From: Escherichia coli
GTDB lineage: Bacteria > Pseudomonadota > Gammaproteobacteria > Enterobacterales > Enterobacteriaceae
Assembly: GCA_005400705.1 (NCBI GenBank)
Contig: GCA_005400705.1_4079.1
Length of the DNA: 64,000 nt
Reading direction: 5' to 3' (one strand)
Within the stretch, counting starts at the first letter, position 1. The number at the start of each line of letters is the position of its first letter. The position numbers were made by a program, and so were the translations under genes. Of this stretch, positions 9,285 through 19,075 are shown in pieces. The notes under the pieces were generated by a model. The model did not search any database. It saw only the letters and a program-made list of their open reading frames with translations, and was not told where the DNA came from.

Positions 9285-9492
9285 GATGTGGTGGTGTCAT
9301 GGTGTATATAACGTGTATGTAAATGGTAGATATAAAATGTCTAGTACCTATACAAGACGTGTTAATGCGAACAACCAAGTTGATGCTGCTTGTGAGATCA
9401 TTGAGTGGTATGCTGAGTTCAATGCACCTGACTATATGTACGAAATAGTTACAATAAATGTTGTACAAATCGATACATCTTTGATACAATAA
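9277..9492 (+). CDS. hypothetical protein
   Basis: 71 aa ORF. Confidence 0.4.
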   Translation: MTKMWWCHGVYNVYVNGRYKMSSTYTRRVNANNQVDAACEIIEWYAEFNAPDYMYEIVTINVVQIDTSLIQ

Positions 9493-9524
9493 CCACATCA
9501 AAAAAATTGCATCTGAGGATACTT

Positions 9525-10187
9525 ATGTTAGTTAATCTTAATTTCATCACTTCACCTGACTGGGCATTACGTGGAGTTTCTTTAAACTTCAAGGAAACTA
9601 TGTTTGATTACATTGGTGAGTGTACATTGGTAAATGCAACTTTTGACCCAAATCATCCGTTCTGGGCTGAAATTCATGATCCAACTGTAAACAACAATAC
9701 ATCTGTTATGACTATTGTCCAGACTAAACATGCAGGTATCCTTGCAGGTTATCGACCTGGACATGCAATTGAACACTTCACTGATTACGATGTAGTGGAT
9801 GAATACCCAATGATCCATGAAGATGGAAGTCTATACACATCTGAGGACTTCCGTGCTATCTTTAATAGTACTGATGATATTCTACCAAGTGGACGTCCAC
9901 GTCCTGAGTCTTATCTTATGCATCCATCTTATGGTGTAGCAGATACGCTTGAACAGATTATGAATAAGTACAAGAACCTAATTGAAGGTCCAGAAGAAAT
10001 TGTCCTGTGCTATCACCCAGTACTGAAGTCTGAACAACCAAAGGATGGTGGATGGCGTTGGCATAAGAATGGTGAGTATATCGGTACTAAACGAAGTAAA
10101 GAACGTTTTGAGTACTTGTATGATGAGCCAGATGTTGATGTGGTTTTGTGTTATAATTTTATTAAGGTGAAAAAGAAATGTATCTAG
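9525..10187 (+). CDS. hypothetical protein
   Basis: 220 aa from ATG 9525 (RBS gagga); ORF-track start 9507 lacks an RBS. Confidence 0.55.
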   Translation: MLVNLNFITSPDWALRGVSLNFKETMFDYIGECTLVNATFDPNHPFWAEIHDPTVNNNTSVMTIVQTKHAGILAGYRPGHAIEHFTDYDVVDEYPMIHEDGSLYTSEDFRAIFNSTDDILPSGRPRPESYLMHPSYGVADTLEQIMNKYKNLIEGPEEIVLCYHPVLKSEQPKDGGWRWHKNGEYIGTKRSKERFEYLYDEPDVDVVLCYNFIKVKKKCI

Positions 10188-10417
10188 TACTAAGTTTTGT
10201 TGTTGCACTATTGTTTATGTTTTATCCTACACTAGTAGCATTAGCCACTAAACGACCGATTGTAGATATCACTACTGTATTCTTGCTAAACGTGGCATTA
10301 GTACTGGTTTCTATTATCATTCCCGTGAGCTTTACTGTTATTGATATTGTGTCGGTATTACTCTTCGTAATCAGTTATCTTATGCTTATTGAAGAAAAAC
10401 CAGTTGACAACCATTAG
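10178..10417 (+). CDS. small membrane protein
   Basis: 79 aa, two hydrophobic helices. Confidence 0.45.
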   Translation: MYLVLSFVVALLFMFYPTLVALATKRPIVDITTVFLLNVALVLVSIIIPVSFTVIDIVSVLLFVISYLMLIEEKPVDNH

Positions 10418-10431
10418 TAGTACTGTATAAT
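10404..10431 (+). promoter_or_regulatory. sigma70-type promoter TTGACA-16-TATAAT
   Basis: ttgaca 10404-10409, tataat 10426-10431, AGTACTG in spacer. Confidence 0.55.
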
Positions 10432-10477
10432 GGTTCCTGTAGTCTGAAACTTAACACTTAAACTTGAGGTAAAAAAT

Positions 10478-10804
10478 ATGCTATCAGTACTAATTTCAAT
10501 TCCGTCTTTAATTCTGATTTGGCTTCTGGTTTACGAATGCTTTATTACTGATGATAATGATAAAAAAGAGTTCTCTGAGTTGTTTATGCTTGATTCACCG
10601 ATTGTGCGTATTTTCTATACAGTCGTTGTGGTTTCAGTAATTGTATGGGTTTTGAGTTTTATCTTCCCACTCGGTGCAGTAGTTAAAACTTTGGATTTAG
10701 TTGAGAACTTTGTTGCAATTATGTGGCTAATCAAAGCACTATTTGCAGGAAATGTTAAAATTTGGATTGATATTATCAAATTCAAGTTCACGAATAAGAT
10801 GTAA
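10478..10804 (+). CDS. small membrane protein
   Basis: 108 aa, multiple hydrophobic segments. Confidence 0.5.
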   Translation: MLSVLISIPSLILIWLLVYECFITDDNDKKEFSELFMLDSPIVRIFYTVVVVSVIVWVLSFIFPLGAVVKTLDLVENFVAIMWLIKALFAGNVKIWIDIIKFKFTNKM

Positions 10805-10831
10805 CAGTCAAAATACCTCTATAGTATTAAA

Positions 10832-10862
10832 TACTTCTGTACATATATATAGTACAGAAGTA
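10832..10862. promoter_or_regulatory. perfect palindrome (terminator or operator)
   Basis: tacttctgtac-atatatat-gtacagaagta. Confidence 0.4.
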
Positions 10863-10882
10863 TTTCTCGTTAGAGGTTTGTT

Positions 10883-11242
10883 ATGAAAAGTTATATAAAA
10901 TTAATAGCACTTGTGTGTGCATTATTTTCATGTTTTAGTTATGGTGCAGCAGCAGAAACATATTGTCGTAGTACTAAGGGAACGTGGCATGTATTGACTA
11001 ACGACCCTAGAAATGGTAAAAATATAGTTGTTGATGGCGTGATTTATCGTTTTAAAGTAGAAAGTATTATTGGTAATAAAAAAATCTCGACTTATAGAGA
11101 TGATTCTGGTACATTAGCAAACGTAATATTAATTGTAGACCCAAGAACTGGTAATGGTGATATCTATATAGTAATTTACTTGGACTCATCGGTACGCCGT
11201 GACCTAGATATAGATAAATTGAACTTACACTGTGAAATATAG
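10883..11242 (+). CDS. secreted protein (signal peptide)
   Basis: 119 aa, N-terminal signal peptide MKSYIKLIALVCALFSCFSYGAAA. Confidence 0.5.
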   Translation: MKSYIKLIALVCALFSCFSYGAAAETYCRSTKGTWHVLTNDPRNGKNIVVDGVIYRFKVESIIGNKKISTYRDDSGTLANVILIVDPRTGNGDIYIVIYLDSSVRRDLDIDKLNLHCEI

Positions 11243-11253
11243 GACTTAAAAAA

Positions 11254-11631
11254 ATGGTAAACACTATTTTACTTTTGTTGTTGAATATTCCAATTATTCT
11301 GTCTTTTTTAATTTCTATTTTTATGGCAGGATATTGTTTAGTTGCAGTAATTCATTTTATTTTAACAAACAAATATGTCCTAATTTCTAAGCTTGATTCT
11401 ATTTTTGCTTGCGATTCAATGGCTTATAACTTATGGTTAATTTGTTCTTGCATTATGGGAGTAACTTTCCTTCTGCATGTATTTGATGTCCTTGACCAAA
11501 AGTTCGTATACATCAGTACTGGATTGGCTCTTTATCCTGCTACGTGGTACTTGATTTACGTTGGTGATATATGGTATAGTACTTATAAAGAATATCAGTA
11601 CAAGAAATCACTTAACGTTGGAGGAAAATAA
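11254..11631 (+). CDS. membrane protein
   Basis: 125 aa, hydrophobic. Confidence 0.5.
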   Translation: MVNTILLLLLNIPIILSFLISIFMAGYCLVAVIHFILTNKYVLISKLDSIFACDSMAYNLWLICSCIMGVTFLLHVFDVLDQKFVYISTGLALYPATWYLIYVGDIWYSTYKEYQYKKSLNVGGK

Positions 11632-11633
11632 TC

Positions 11634-11984
11634 ATGAAAATTATTTTATTTTTTGTATGTATGTTAATGTGTGGATTGTCATATGCTGAACCATTGGAAG
11701 GTTTAGTTTGTACAGATGGTAATATTAAACATATCTATCAAGGTGATAGTGACGATCGAGATATTGTATATATTGATGGACAATCATATACGTTTGTTAA
11801 AGTGCATACAGTAGGCGACATTAGCTTCACTGAGTTTTCTAACGACACAGACCCTAACTTCTTAGCGTTTATTGAAGTAGATGTATATGAAGATAGTAAT
11901 GGTACACAATATGCTAAATTAGTTATGATGCGTCGTGGTGCTAAAGAAACTAGTTTTGGTGGCTTGTGTAAATATAAGGATTGA
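11634..11984 (+). CDS. secreted protein (signal peptide)
   Basis: 116 aa, signal peptide MKIILFFVCMLMCGLSYA; loosely resembles 10883 product. Confidence 0.5.
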   Translation: MKIILFFVCMLMCGLSYAEPLEGLVCTDGNIKHIYQGDSDDRDIVYIDGQSYTFVKVHTVGDISFTEFSNDTDPNFLAFIEVDVYEDSNGTQYAKLVMMRRGAKETSFGGLCKYKD

Positions 11985-11988
11985 TATT

Positions 11989-12180
11989 ATGTTGATTTAT
12001 CAAAGTGAAAATATTCGTGTTATGCAGCATCCCTACTTACAAATCTTTGATGTGCAGCAGTATATGGAAGGTGATGACCCAAGAACCTATGGTCGTAAGT
12101 ATGATTACTTCACTGTAAAGCAGTGTAAAAATATTAACGAAGTACGACAATTAGTTCAAGAACTTCAAAACAAAGGTTGA
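11989..12180 (+). CDS. hypothetical protein
   Basis: 63 aa from internal ATG with RBS aagga. Confidence 0.4.
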   Translation: MLIYQSENIRVMQHPYLQIFDVQQYMEGDDPRTYGRKYDYFTVKQCKNINEVRQLVQELQNKG

Positions 12181-12206
12181 CTTCGGTCAGCCTTTTTTGT
12201 TATAAT
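12175..12206 (+). terminator. fused terminator-promoter: hairpin GGTTGAC-TTCG-GTCAGCC, T-run, TATAAT
   Basis: Hairpin 12175-12192, T6 run, tataat 12201-12206; TTGACT inside stem lies 18 nt upstream of the -10. Confidence 0.65.
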
Positions 12207-12234
12207 TCTCTTAATAAATTAGAGGATTTTAATT

Positions 12235-12675
12235 ATGTATGTATATCGTTTTGAACTTAAATTTAGTTACATTGAACCTAACTTAGATCCTGCACGAACT
12301 GTAGGTCCGTTTGCACGGTATTCAACCAGATACAGTACTAAAAATGGATTTGACCGTTTGCTCATGACTACACCTTCTCAATTCCAACCTGAACCAACTG
12401 AGGATGGGATCTATTCAATCAAAAGTGGATGGGTATTTGGCTGTCAAAGTTTGAAAGATTTGTTCAGATTCTTCACTATGGACTTAGGTAAATTGCATCG
12501 TGCTGGGTTTGCTATATCTGTATATGAAGTTCCAGACCACCATGTAGACATTGGTCGTAATCAGGTTCAGTACTATTGCGGTAGTGCTAAATTAGTTCGT
12601 ATCATGTCAGTTAAGGAAGCAAAGGATGAGTTCCGACAAAGTAAAAGAGAAACAAATGAGGTAATATATGGATAA
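12235..12675 (+). CDS. hypothetical protein
   Basis: 146 aa ORF, RBS agagga. Confidence 0.55.
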   Translation: MYVYRFELKFSYIEPNLDPARTVGPFARYSTRYSTKNGFDRLLMTTPSQFQPEPTEDGIYSIKSGWVFGCQSLKDLFRFFTMDLGKLHRAGFAISVYEVPDHHVDIGRNQVQYYCGSAKLVRIMSVKEAKDEFRQSKRETNEVIYG

Positions 12676-13012
12676 AACTCAAATAGAATTAAAGAAATTT
12701 GTTTCATTCTATCTTCCTGATGACCCACGTAATTCACAAAAAGATATTGAATATTATAATATCCTATCTAAACAGTTAATGAGAAAGTTTCAACAGTGTT
12801 TAACAATATTCAATACAGATGGAAGACGTAGATACCGAATCGTTTCAATGAATGATGAAAACGCAAATTTCTTTGATTACGATGTAGTCTTTAGGGCATA
12901 TAATGATGATCGTATAAAATTAAATTATGATCAAATTATACTTGACCTGAATGTTATATGTGTTATAATTACTCACATAGCCGAACTTAATGGTTTTAAA
13001 GAATGGTATTGA
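12668..13012 (+). CDS. hypothetical protein
   Basis: 114 aa ORF. Confidence 0.5.
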   Translation: MDKTQIELKKFVSFYLPDDPRNSQKDIEYYNILSKQLMRKFQQCLTIFNTDGRRRYRIVSMNDENANFFDYDVVFRAYNDDRIKLNYDQIILDLNVICVIITHIAELNGFKEWY

Positions 13013-13026
13013 ATATAGGATAACAT

Positions 13027-13293
13027 ATGAAGCTTAAATTACAATATAATGGATTTACTTTACGTAATGATACTGAATTTATTAATCGTTCTCCTGGTGC
13101 TGAACTGTTTTTACGAGAGATGAACATTCCTTTCATCATTACTACAGTGGGCGACCGTGAAGTTCTACAATACGCAGAGCATCCGATCATTGATGTTCCT
13201 TGGTACTCTGAGCATATGTACATGGATATGGCACGTCGCTACAACTGTAAGTTCGTAGTTGAAGGTGATAAAATTACAGTCGAATTTAAATAA
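13027..13293 (+). CDS. hypothetical protein
   Basis: 88 aa ORF. Confidence 0.5.
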   Translation: MKLKLQYNGFTLRNDTEFINRSPGAELFLREMNIPFIITTVGDREVLQYAEHPIIDVPWYSEHMYMDMARRYNCKFVVEGDKITVEFK

Positions 13294-13304
13294 GGTAAAT
13301 TAAA

Positions 13305-13598
13305 ATGATCAGTACTTCAGTTAATGAAAGCATCGTCGCTGACGTAGAAATGGTTAAAGAATGTGCAGATGAAACTCTTCGTGATATGTACATTAATGAT
13401 TTAATTACTGAATACGGTAGTCGTGGTGTACACGAATTTATTCGTTTAAGTGGAGAGTTGATGAAAAATCGAATTCGTATGAAGCTTAACGTACATCCAA
13501 AAGCATGGGCATTTACATTAAAATACGCAGAAGATATTGTGAATTTGCGTCGAACTGAAGTATATGAACGTTTGCACAATGGTATGTTAGATAAATGA
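13305..13598 (+). CDS. hypothetical protein
   Basis: 97 aa ORF. Confidence 0.5.
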   Translation: MISTSVNESIVADVEMVKECADETLRDMYINDLITEYGSRGVHEFIRLSGELMKNRIRMKLNVHPKAWAFTLKYAEDIVNLRRTEVYERLHNGMLDK

Positions 13599-13650
13599 TT
13601 GTAAAATAGGAATTCTTAAATGAATTCCTTTTTGTTTATAAGGTATAGTA

Positions 13651-13872
13651 ATGAAATATATAGTACTTGTACTGATATTATTCAGTACTGTTGTAAGTGC
13701 TAAACAAAAAGAATATGTTAAATGTATAAATTATGAAGAGAAATATGTTGAAACATATAAAAAAAGTATAATTAAAAACGTTTCGATTACTAACAGAGCA
13801 ACAATCATTGTACTTAAAAATGGGTTAATTATGCTATATAAACCACACGTTAAATGTGAAATTATTAATTGA
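13651..13872 (+). CDS. secreted small protein
   Basis: 73 aa, signal peptide. Confidence 0.45.
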   Translation: MKYIVLVLILFSTVVSAKQKEYVKCINYEEKYVETYKKSIIKNVSITNRATIIVLKNGLIMLYKPHVKCEIIN

Positions 13873-13879
13873 GGAAATT

Positions 13880-14452
13880 ATGAATCGTAAAGGTCGTTTT
13901 AAAGTATCAAAAAAGAACAAAAGTTCTAGGTTTAAACCTATTGTTTTAACAGTTAAATCTAACAAAGAATTAACTGCACTTAGTAAAAAGATAATTTCAT
14001 CTAAGATTGAAGTATCATACGTAAATTCATTAAAATATATGAATGTCAAACCACTGGACCAACTCATTTCACTTATATTTGAACGTAATGATTTTGAGAT
14101 ATCAGTAGATGATTATAGAGCCTATAATGCTGGTTTCATTAATGTTACTTGTAATAAAAAACTAACTGAGTTGGAAAATTTGTCATGTATAATAAATCTA
14201 GATAAAGGTGTAGTGAAGTACCATTTTGTACATTTCACTAATATCAATAATGGAATGGGTGTACAATCCAGACCTATAGTGCCTACGTGTGATGTTACTA
14301 AATTAGCAAAGCTCAATGATGAAGAATATTTTCAAGAAAGCATTGTAACTGAGCATTTAGATGATATAATAGCTACTTACAAAGAATGCATATGGGTGTT
14401 GAATGCTATAAAACCTAAATTGTGTTTAATGAATATTGTTCGTGATTTATGA
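13880..14452 (+). CDS. hypothetical protein
   Basis: 190 aa from ATG 13880 (RBS gaggaa). Confidence 0.5.
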   Translation: MNRKGRFKVSKKNKSSRFKPIVLTVKSNKELTALSKKIISSKIEVSYVNSLKYMNVKPLDQLISLIFERNDFEISVDDYRAYNAGFINVTCNKKLTELENLSCIINLDKGVVKYHFVHFTNINNGMGVQSRPIVPTCDVTKLAKLNDEEYFQESIVTEHLDDIIATYKECIWVLNAIKPKLCLMNIVRDL

Positions 14453-14465
14453 ATGGGGAATCGTA

Positions 14466-14909
14466 ATGAGTTGGGTAAATGTTAATAGTATTGAACTTAA
14501 CGAACAAGATATTTTTGCATTTGTAAATTTAACTAATAACACAGTACTAAAAGGGCGTTTGTTCAGTGCGAGTGATGGATATAAATGGATCTCTTTGATG
14601 GATGATAGTGGTGTGATTTATAATGTAATGCAATTACCCCAATGGGTATATAGTAACACTGCCGACGATGTTCTTGCCGCAGTTATGCGTGAGTTTGAAA
14701 AACTCCCAGGTGGTGATATCAAAAACAAAGTTTTTAATGCAGAACGGAAAAATTATACAGCACAGCAGTTGGAATCCCTTGCCATTGCTGCTTATCAAGC
14801 TGCTATTAAGAAGCCAGAGTGCGTTATTCTTAAGTATGTACCAGACTTAAAACTTACGTTGGAAGACATGGATGCATTCATTTTTACATCTGAACTTGAT
14901 CAGTACTAA
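14466..14909 (+). CDS. hypothetical protein
   Basis: 147 aa from ATG 14466. Confidence 0.5.
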   Translation: MSWVNVNSIELNEQDIFAFVNLTNNTVLKGRLFSASDGYKWISLMDDSGVIYNVMQLPQWVYSNTADDVLAAVMREFEKLPGGDIKNKVFNAERKNYTAQQLESLAIAAYQAAIKKPECVILKYVPDLKLTLEDMDAFIFTSELDQY

Positions 14910-15024
14910 TTTAACTTTGGGACAACCATTCTTATTATGATATAATGTTTTATGTCATTCGATATAAATGACAACGGAACTATAAATATTATAGTAAAAT
15001 TTATCTCTTATAGGAGTTATAAAA

Positions 15025-15408
15025 ATGGTTGATAAATGGAATAAGAAAGATCCATCACATGATGTTGATATTTCTGGTCTAGACAATGCACATAAGCACA
15101 AGTATCTAGATTCACTAGGTCTTCTAAAACCGGACCAAAGTCTTGCACATGATCGTCCATCCCGTGAAAAAGCATTTAGCCTAGAATCACTAGGTCATGA
15201 GCTTAATCGTGTGTTTGAGGATCACCCAATCTATGTACGTGATATTATCGAGAAACTTAAAGTAACTCCTAAAGAGCACTTTAAAGCAACAGTACACTCT
15301 GCATTCCGTGCATTGCATGATTCTCTCAAGAAAACTCACAATCTTCGTAAAATTCATGATGAAATCGTGAATGCAATCGAAAGTGAAAAACATAAGTTCA
15401 AGAAGTAA
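15025..15408 (+). CDS. hypothetical protein
   Basis: 127 aa, RBS taggag; shares YLDSLGLL motif with 15655 product. Confidence 0.55.
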   Translation: MVDKWNKKDPSHDVDISGLDNAHKHKYLDSLGLLKPDQSLAHDRPSREKAFSLESLGHELNRVFEDHPIYVRDIIEKLKVTPKEHFKATVHSAFRALHDSLKKTHNLRKIHDEIVNAIESEKHKFKK

Positions 15409-15414
15409 TAAAAA

Positions 15415-15448
15415 GGGGTTGACTAAGGTCAGCCCTTTGTTGTATCAT
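15415..15448 (+). terminator. fused terminator-promoter (GGGTTGAC-TAAG-GTCAGCCC)
   Basis: Hairpin 15415-15436, then TTT; candidate -10 tatcat 18 nt after the stem TTGACT. Confidence 0.55.
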
Positions 15449-15477
15449 AACTTCTCAATATAACTGAGGTATCATAT

Positions 15478-15591
15478 ATGCAAGGTTTGAAATTTGTAGT
15501 TGCTGCACTCATCGCCGCAGTACTGGTTGGTGGTGTATTCTATGTAGTGGATCAAAAAGTAAATCCACCTGCACAAGAACAATCTAAGTAA
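15478..15591 (+). CDS. small membrane peptide
   Basis: 37 aa ORF between two terminator hairpins, RBS gaggt, single TM helix. Confidence 0.35.
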   Translation: MQGLKFVVAALIAAVLVGGVFYVVDQKVNPPAQEQSK

Positions 15592-15599
15592 CAAAATAA

Positions 15600-15630
15600 G
15601 GTTGACTTCGGTCAGCCTTTTCTTTATACT
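15600..15630 (+). terminator. fused terminator-promoter (GGTTGAC-TTCG-GTCAGCC)
   Basis: Hairpin 15600-15617, T-run, tatact 15625-15630 (17 nt spacer from stem TTGACT). Confidence 0.6.
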
Positions 15631-15654
15631 ATAAATATAGTCATAGAGAAAAAA

Positions 15655-16932
15655 ATGAAATCTATGGAGAGAAATCAAATGCCAAGTAATTTTACTGATA
15701 AAAATGGTGGTAACATGGCTGGTCACTCTGATAAATGGAGTGAACGCAACCGCCGTCCAAATAGTTATCAAGCAGGTCAAGGTTCACGTGGGTCACGTAA
15801 TCAAGGAACTGGTCTAGCTGGTAAAGCAAACGCAGAAGCAGGTGAAGTTAAGAGTACTGAGAACATGACTGAGCTAGAAAAGCTACGTTATGTTAATTCA
15901 TTGGGACTTCTTAATGCTACACAAAAACAACGTCTAGCTGATATGGAACGTGAAGAAAAAGAAAAATCTGCTCCTGCTAAAGAAGAACCAAAACAAGAAG
16001 CACCAAAGGCGGTTAACCCTGTCAAAGAACTGTCTGATAAGTTAGGTAAGATTTTTGCTAATAAACCACAACTTATCCAAGGTATTGTGAAAGAATTGCA
16101 ATCTGTACCTAAAGAAGAATTAAAAGTCAAAGCACAAGCTGTACTTGATGCAATGAGTGGAAATACCAGTACTGAACCAACTGAAGTATTCAGTACTATA
16201 ATGCGTGCACTTGAAGGTACGCAACAAGGTGATGTGCCTGCACAAGAGGAAGTAAGTCTTGAAAGCGTACTTAAAACATTTGATAGTATTGGTAAAGAAG
16301 ACCGTGCTAATGCTCAACAAGTTAAGAATGTACTAGCTAAGTTAGAAAACCGTCTGGAAGGTAAAGACGATAAGATTAAATTAGTATCTGATGCAGTTAA
16401 CGATGCACTTAAATCTTACGTACAAGGTGAAAAGAGTCGTTTTGTAACTGCAATGGATGCTGCATTCAATACTATGAAAAAGTATGAAGCTGATCACGGT
16501 GAGAAGGTTACACGAGATGGTTATCTGATGCGTGATGATGAAGAAGGTGCAGTAGAACAGAACGATGTTCATTCAGACGAAGAAATTGATGACATGGAAG
16601 CTGAACTGTCACAAGACCGCCAAATGACTGAAAAATCCCATAACGAACTACAGAAATTAATGCAATGGGTTGCAGATGTTGGTGAAAAAGCTGGTGCTGA
16701 TAAGAAGAGTATAAACCGAAATCTTAGTTGGATTAAAGATAAAGTTGGTAACAACGCTCGTAAACTACAAAAAGCGTGGACTGATGTAGTGAATGGTGCT
16801 GTTGACATTGATGTTGAATCCGGTGAGGCATATGATTATGCATTGACTACACTTGATGACTCTTTCCGTGATTACGAAAATGGAAATGTAACTCCTTGGG
16901 AAAAGGACATCATGAGCAAATACGGTAAATGA
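15655..16932 (+). CDS. hypothetical charged (K/E/D-rich) protein
   Basis: 425 aa, largest plus-strand ORF, predicted coiled-coil-like; N-terminal YVNSLGLL motif. Confidence 0.65.
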   Translation: MKSMERNQMPSNFTDKNGGNMAGHSDKWSERNRRPNSYQAGQGSRGSRNQGTGLAGKANAEAGEVKSTENMTELEKLRYVNSLGLLNATQKQRLADMEREEKEKSAPAKEEPKQEAPKAVNPVKELSDKLGKIFANKPQLIQGIVKELQSVPKEELKVKAQAVLDAMSGNTSTEPTEVFSTIMRALEGTQQGDVPAQEEVSLESVLKTFDSIGKEDRANAQQVKNVLAKLENRLEGKDDKIKLVSDAVNDALKSYVQGEKSRFVTAMDAAFNTMKKYEADHGEKVTRDGYLMRDDEEGAVEQNDVHSDEEIDDMEAELSQDRQMTEKSHNELQKLMQWVADVGEKAGADKKSINRNLSWIKDKVGNNARKLQKAWTDVVNGAVDIDVESGEAYDYALTTLDDSFRDYENGNVTPWEKDIMSKYGK

Positions 16933-16942
16933 TAAAACAAAA

Positions 16943-16974
16943 GGTTGACTTCGGTCAGCCTTTTTTTGTAAATA
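16943..16974 (+). terminator. fused terminator-promoter (GGTTGAC-TTCG-GTCAGCC)
   Basis: Hairpin 16943-16960, T7 run, weak -10 taaata. Confidence 0.6.
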
Positions 16975-17003
16975 CAAAAGAGGAATTAAGAAGAGGGATT
17001 ACA

Positions 17004-17255
17004 ATGAAAAAATATATTATATTTGGAATTGTATTATTTTCCAGTACTACTTATGGTGCAGATTATCATTGCTCCGTAGCAAGGCAGGATTTCAGAAATG
17101 GGGAGTTCTATACTACCTCATACACAAAAGGAATAATACACGACACCGACAGAACTATTGGATTTAATGCGTTTGACAACAAAGATTCATATACTTCAGG
17201 TATACTATCTGAGCGTAAGACGGATGTACTCGGAATAGAAAAAGAGTTTCGGTGA
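17004..17255 (+). CDS. secreted small protein
   Basis: 83 aa from ATG 17004 with RBS; signal peptide; ORF-track start 16929 lies in the terminator. Confidence 0.5.
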   Translation: MKKYIIFGIVLFSSTTYGADYHCSVARQDFRNGEFYTTSYTKGIIHDTDRTIGFNAFDNKDSYTSGILSERKTDVLGIEKEFR

Positions 17256-17259
17256 TTCC

Positions 17260-17589
17260 GTGGCAATGTGTAATGACATTGAAAGTACTAAAAAAATTTA
17301 TTATAATAATGAAATAAATTATCGTTTTCATAATTTAACCACAAATAAAAGTTTACTATTTTACAATTGTAAAGAAGTAAAACTCCCACCAGACAATAGC
17401 TGTACTCCAACTAATCAACCCCCAGCACAATGTAATACTCCCTCTGAACCTGATAAAAATAAAAAAGACAAAGATAAAGATAAAAAAGAAGACAAAAAAC
17501 CTTTAAAAGATAAAAAGAAAGATAAAAAACCTAATCCGTTTAAAAATAATAAACCAGCACAACCCGATATGACGTGTAAAATAAAATAA
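17260..17589 (+). CDS. hypothetical protein with K/D-rich low-complexity tail
   Basis: 109 aa; KDKDKDKKEDKKPLKDKKKDKK. Confidence 0.4.
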   Translation: MAMCNDIESTKKIYYNNEINYRFHNLTTNKSLLFYNCKEVKLPPDNSCTPTNQPPAQCNTPSEPDKNKKDKDKDKKEDKKPLKDKKKDKKPNPFKNNKPAQPDMTCKIK

Positions 17590-17598
17590 GGATATAAA

Positions 17599-18018
17599 AT
17601 GAAAAAGATTTTTTTAAGTATTATTTTAGTACTTTTTAGTTTTAATGTATATGCAGCAGATGCTAAACAGGTTGCTAATACAGTAAAAGATGTTATAGTA
17701 GACAATGCTCCTACCTTAGAGGAAATTGGGGTAAAAACTTGTGATATTGTAATATATAATTTAGTTAATGATGAACGAGTTATGTTGAATACGTATGAAC
17801 AAGTAGTCCCATTGGTTGAATCTGGTGCTGCTTTTAGCTTTACATATAAAGTTAAATTAACAGGAGGGGTTGAAGTTAATCTTGACATTGATACCGCTTC
17901 AGTACTAAAAGATAAACTAGGATATGTGTTCAATCGTATTCGTGAAGAAGGTCATCTTAAGTATGTTTATGAAAGTAAAATACTAAAACGTGCAATAGTT
18001 ATAGAAAACTGTAAATGA
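17599..18018 (+). CDS. secreted protein (signal peptide)
   Basis: 139 aa, signal peptide MKKIFLSIILVLFSFNVYA. Confidence 0.55.
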   Translation: MKKIFLSIILVLFSFNVYAADAKQVANTVKDVIVDNAPTLEEIGVKTCDIVIYNLVNDERVMLNTYEQVVPLVESGAAFSFTYKVKLTGGVEVNLDIDTASVLKDKLGYVFNRIREEGHLKYVYESKILKRAIVIENCK

Positions 18019-18026
18019 TAATAAAA

Positions 18027-18059
18027 GGGTTGACTTCGGTCAGCCTTTTTTGTTATGAT
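18027..18059 (+). terminator. fused terminator-promoter (GGGTTGAC-TTCG-GTCAGCC)
   Basis: Hairpin 18027-18045, T6, tatgat 18054-18059. Confidence 0.65.
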
Positions 18060-18087
18060 GTTGATATTAACTACAGAGGATAAAGTA

Positions 18088-18729
18088 ATGACTAAGCAAG
18101 AAATATTCAAAACTTTAATTGACATTTTGCGTCCATCAAAAACTCGTTGTGCGATGGAGTTTGATATTCCTTATGCTGAACGCGTAATCTTTCCACAAGT
18201 TAAAGCTGCTGGACTTACTTTGCTTGGAATGGGGATGTACTCTGTAGTAGTTGAACATAAAAACTATCCTGGGCGTGCATTTAAAGTAACCACTTCACGC
18301 TGGGATGGTTTTCGTGCTTATGCAATGTACTGCATTGAAAACGCAGGAACCAAGTTTCTTCCAGTGATCTACAGTGCAAACGAACAAGGAAACTTTGGAT
18401 GGTATGAGATGGACAAGTACTATCCTATAATTAAACAAAAAAATAATTATGATGACTTTGTTAGTACTAAAATTGGAGATTTATATTCTTATGCACATGC
18501 TGGTCAGTATGCTACTTCAGTGAATGATATGCGTGGAAATTCTGAAGAGATTGCTATTGCGACGGTCGCTGCTAACATCATGAAAGAGTTTCACGGGTGT
18601 TTTGTACCAGACATTCATTCCAGTAATGTCATGATGGATAAAGATGGCAATGTATTCATTACTGATCCTCTTTCGTGTGATGTACGTAGAGAAATACCAG
18701 TTACTGAAGAAGATCCAGTTTTTTATTGA
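18088..18729 (+). CDS. kinase-like (phosphotransferase-fold) protein
   Basis: 213 aa from ATG 18088 (RBS gagga); DIHSSNVMMDKDGNVFITDP resembles the APH/protein-kinase catalytic loop and metal-binding Asp. Confidence 0.45.
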   Translation: MTKQEIFKTLIDILRPSKTRCAMEFDIPYAERVIFPQVKAAGLTLLGMGMYSVVVEHKNYPGRAFKVTTSRWDGFRAYAMYCIENAGTKFLPVIYSANEQGNFGWYEMDKYYPIIKQKNNYDDFVSTKIGDLYSYAHAGQYATSVNDMRGNSEEIAIATVAANIMKEFHGCFVPDIHSSNVMMDKDGNVFITDPLSCDVRREIPVTEEDPVFY

Positions 18730-18791
18730 CAGAACTGATGTAATGAGGTATTCTTAATAAACCATTAAAAAGTGCGGTAAAGGATAAAATC

Positions 18792-19073
18792 ATGCGTTCA
18801 TTTGAAAACTTAATAGGTAAGAATCTTTTATCTGAAATTGATGCAGACGTTAAAGAATTATCCAAATCAAAAAGTTACATTCATTTGGATGAACTATTTG
18901 TTAAGTACGGTGAGATTGGTTTTAAGTCATTATTTGTTTTTACTATGAAAGTACATAGTTTAAAGTACTTCGATTTGAGTGCTAAAGATGGTGAACCGAA
19001 TCTATATTACATGTATTACCTTAAGAACAAAGATGAAGCTAATACATTACTCTCTGAATATATATTGGGGTAA
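18792..19073 (+). CDS. hypothetical protein
   Basis: 93 aa ORF. Confidence 0.5.
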   Translation: MRSFENLIGKNLLSEIDADVKELSKSKSYIHLDELFVKYGEIGFKSLFVFTMKVHSLKYFDLSAKDGEPNLYYMYYLKNKDEANTLLSEYILG

Positions 19074-19075
19074 AA

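Noticed and set aside
15888-17933. Minus-strand ORFs (15888-16130, 16120-16320, 16381-16572, 16569-16808, 17415-17933 and similar)
   Set aside because: They are antisense to well-supported plus-strand genes, have no RBS or promoter, and most cross the terminator hairpins.
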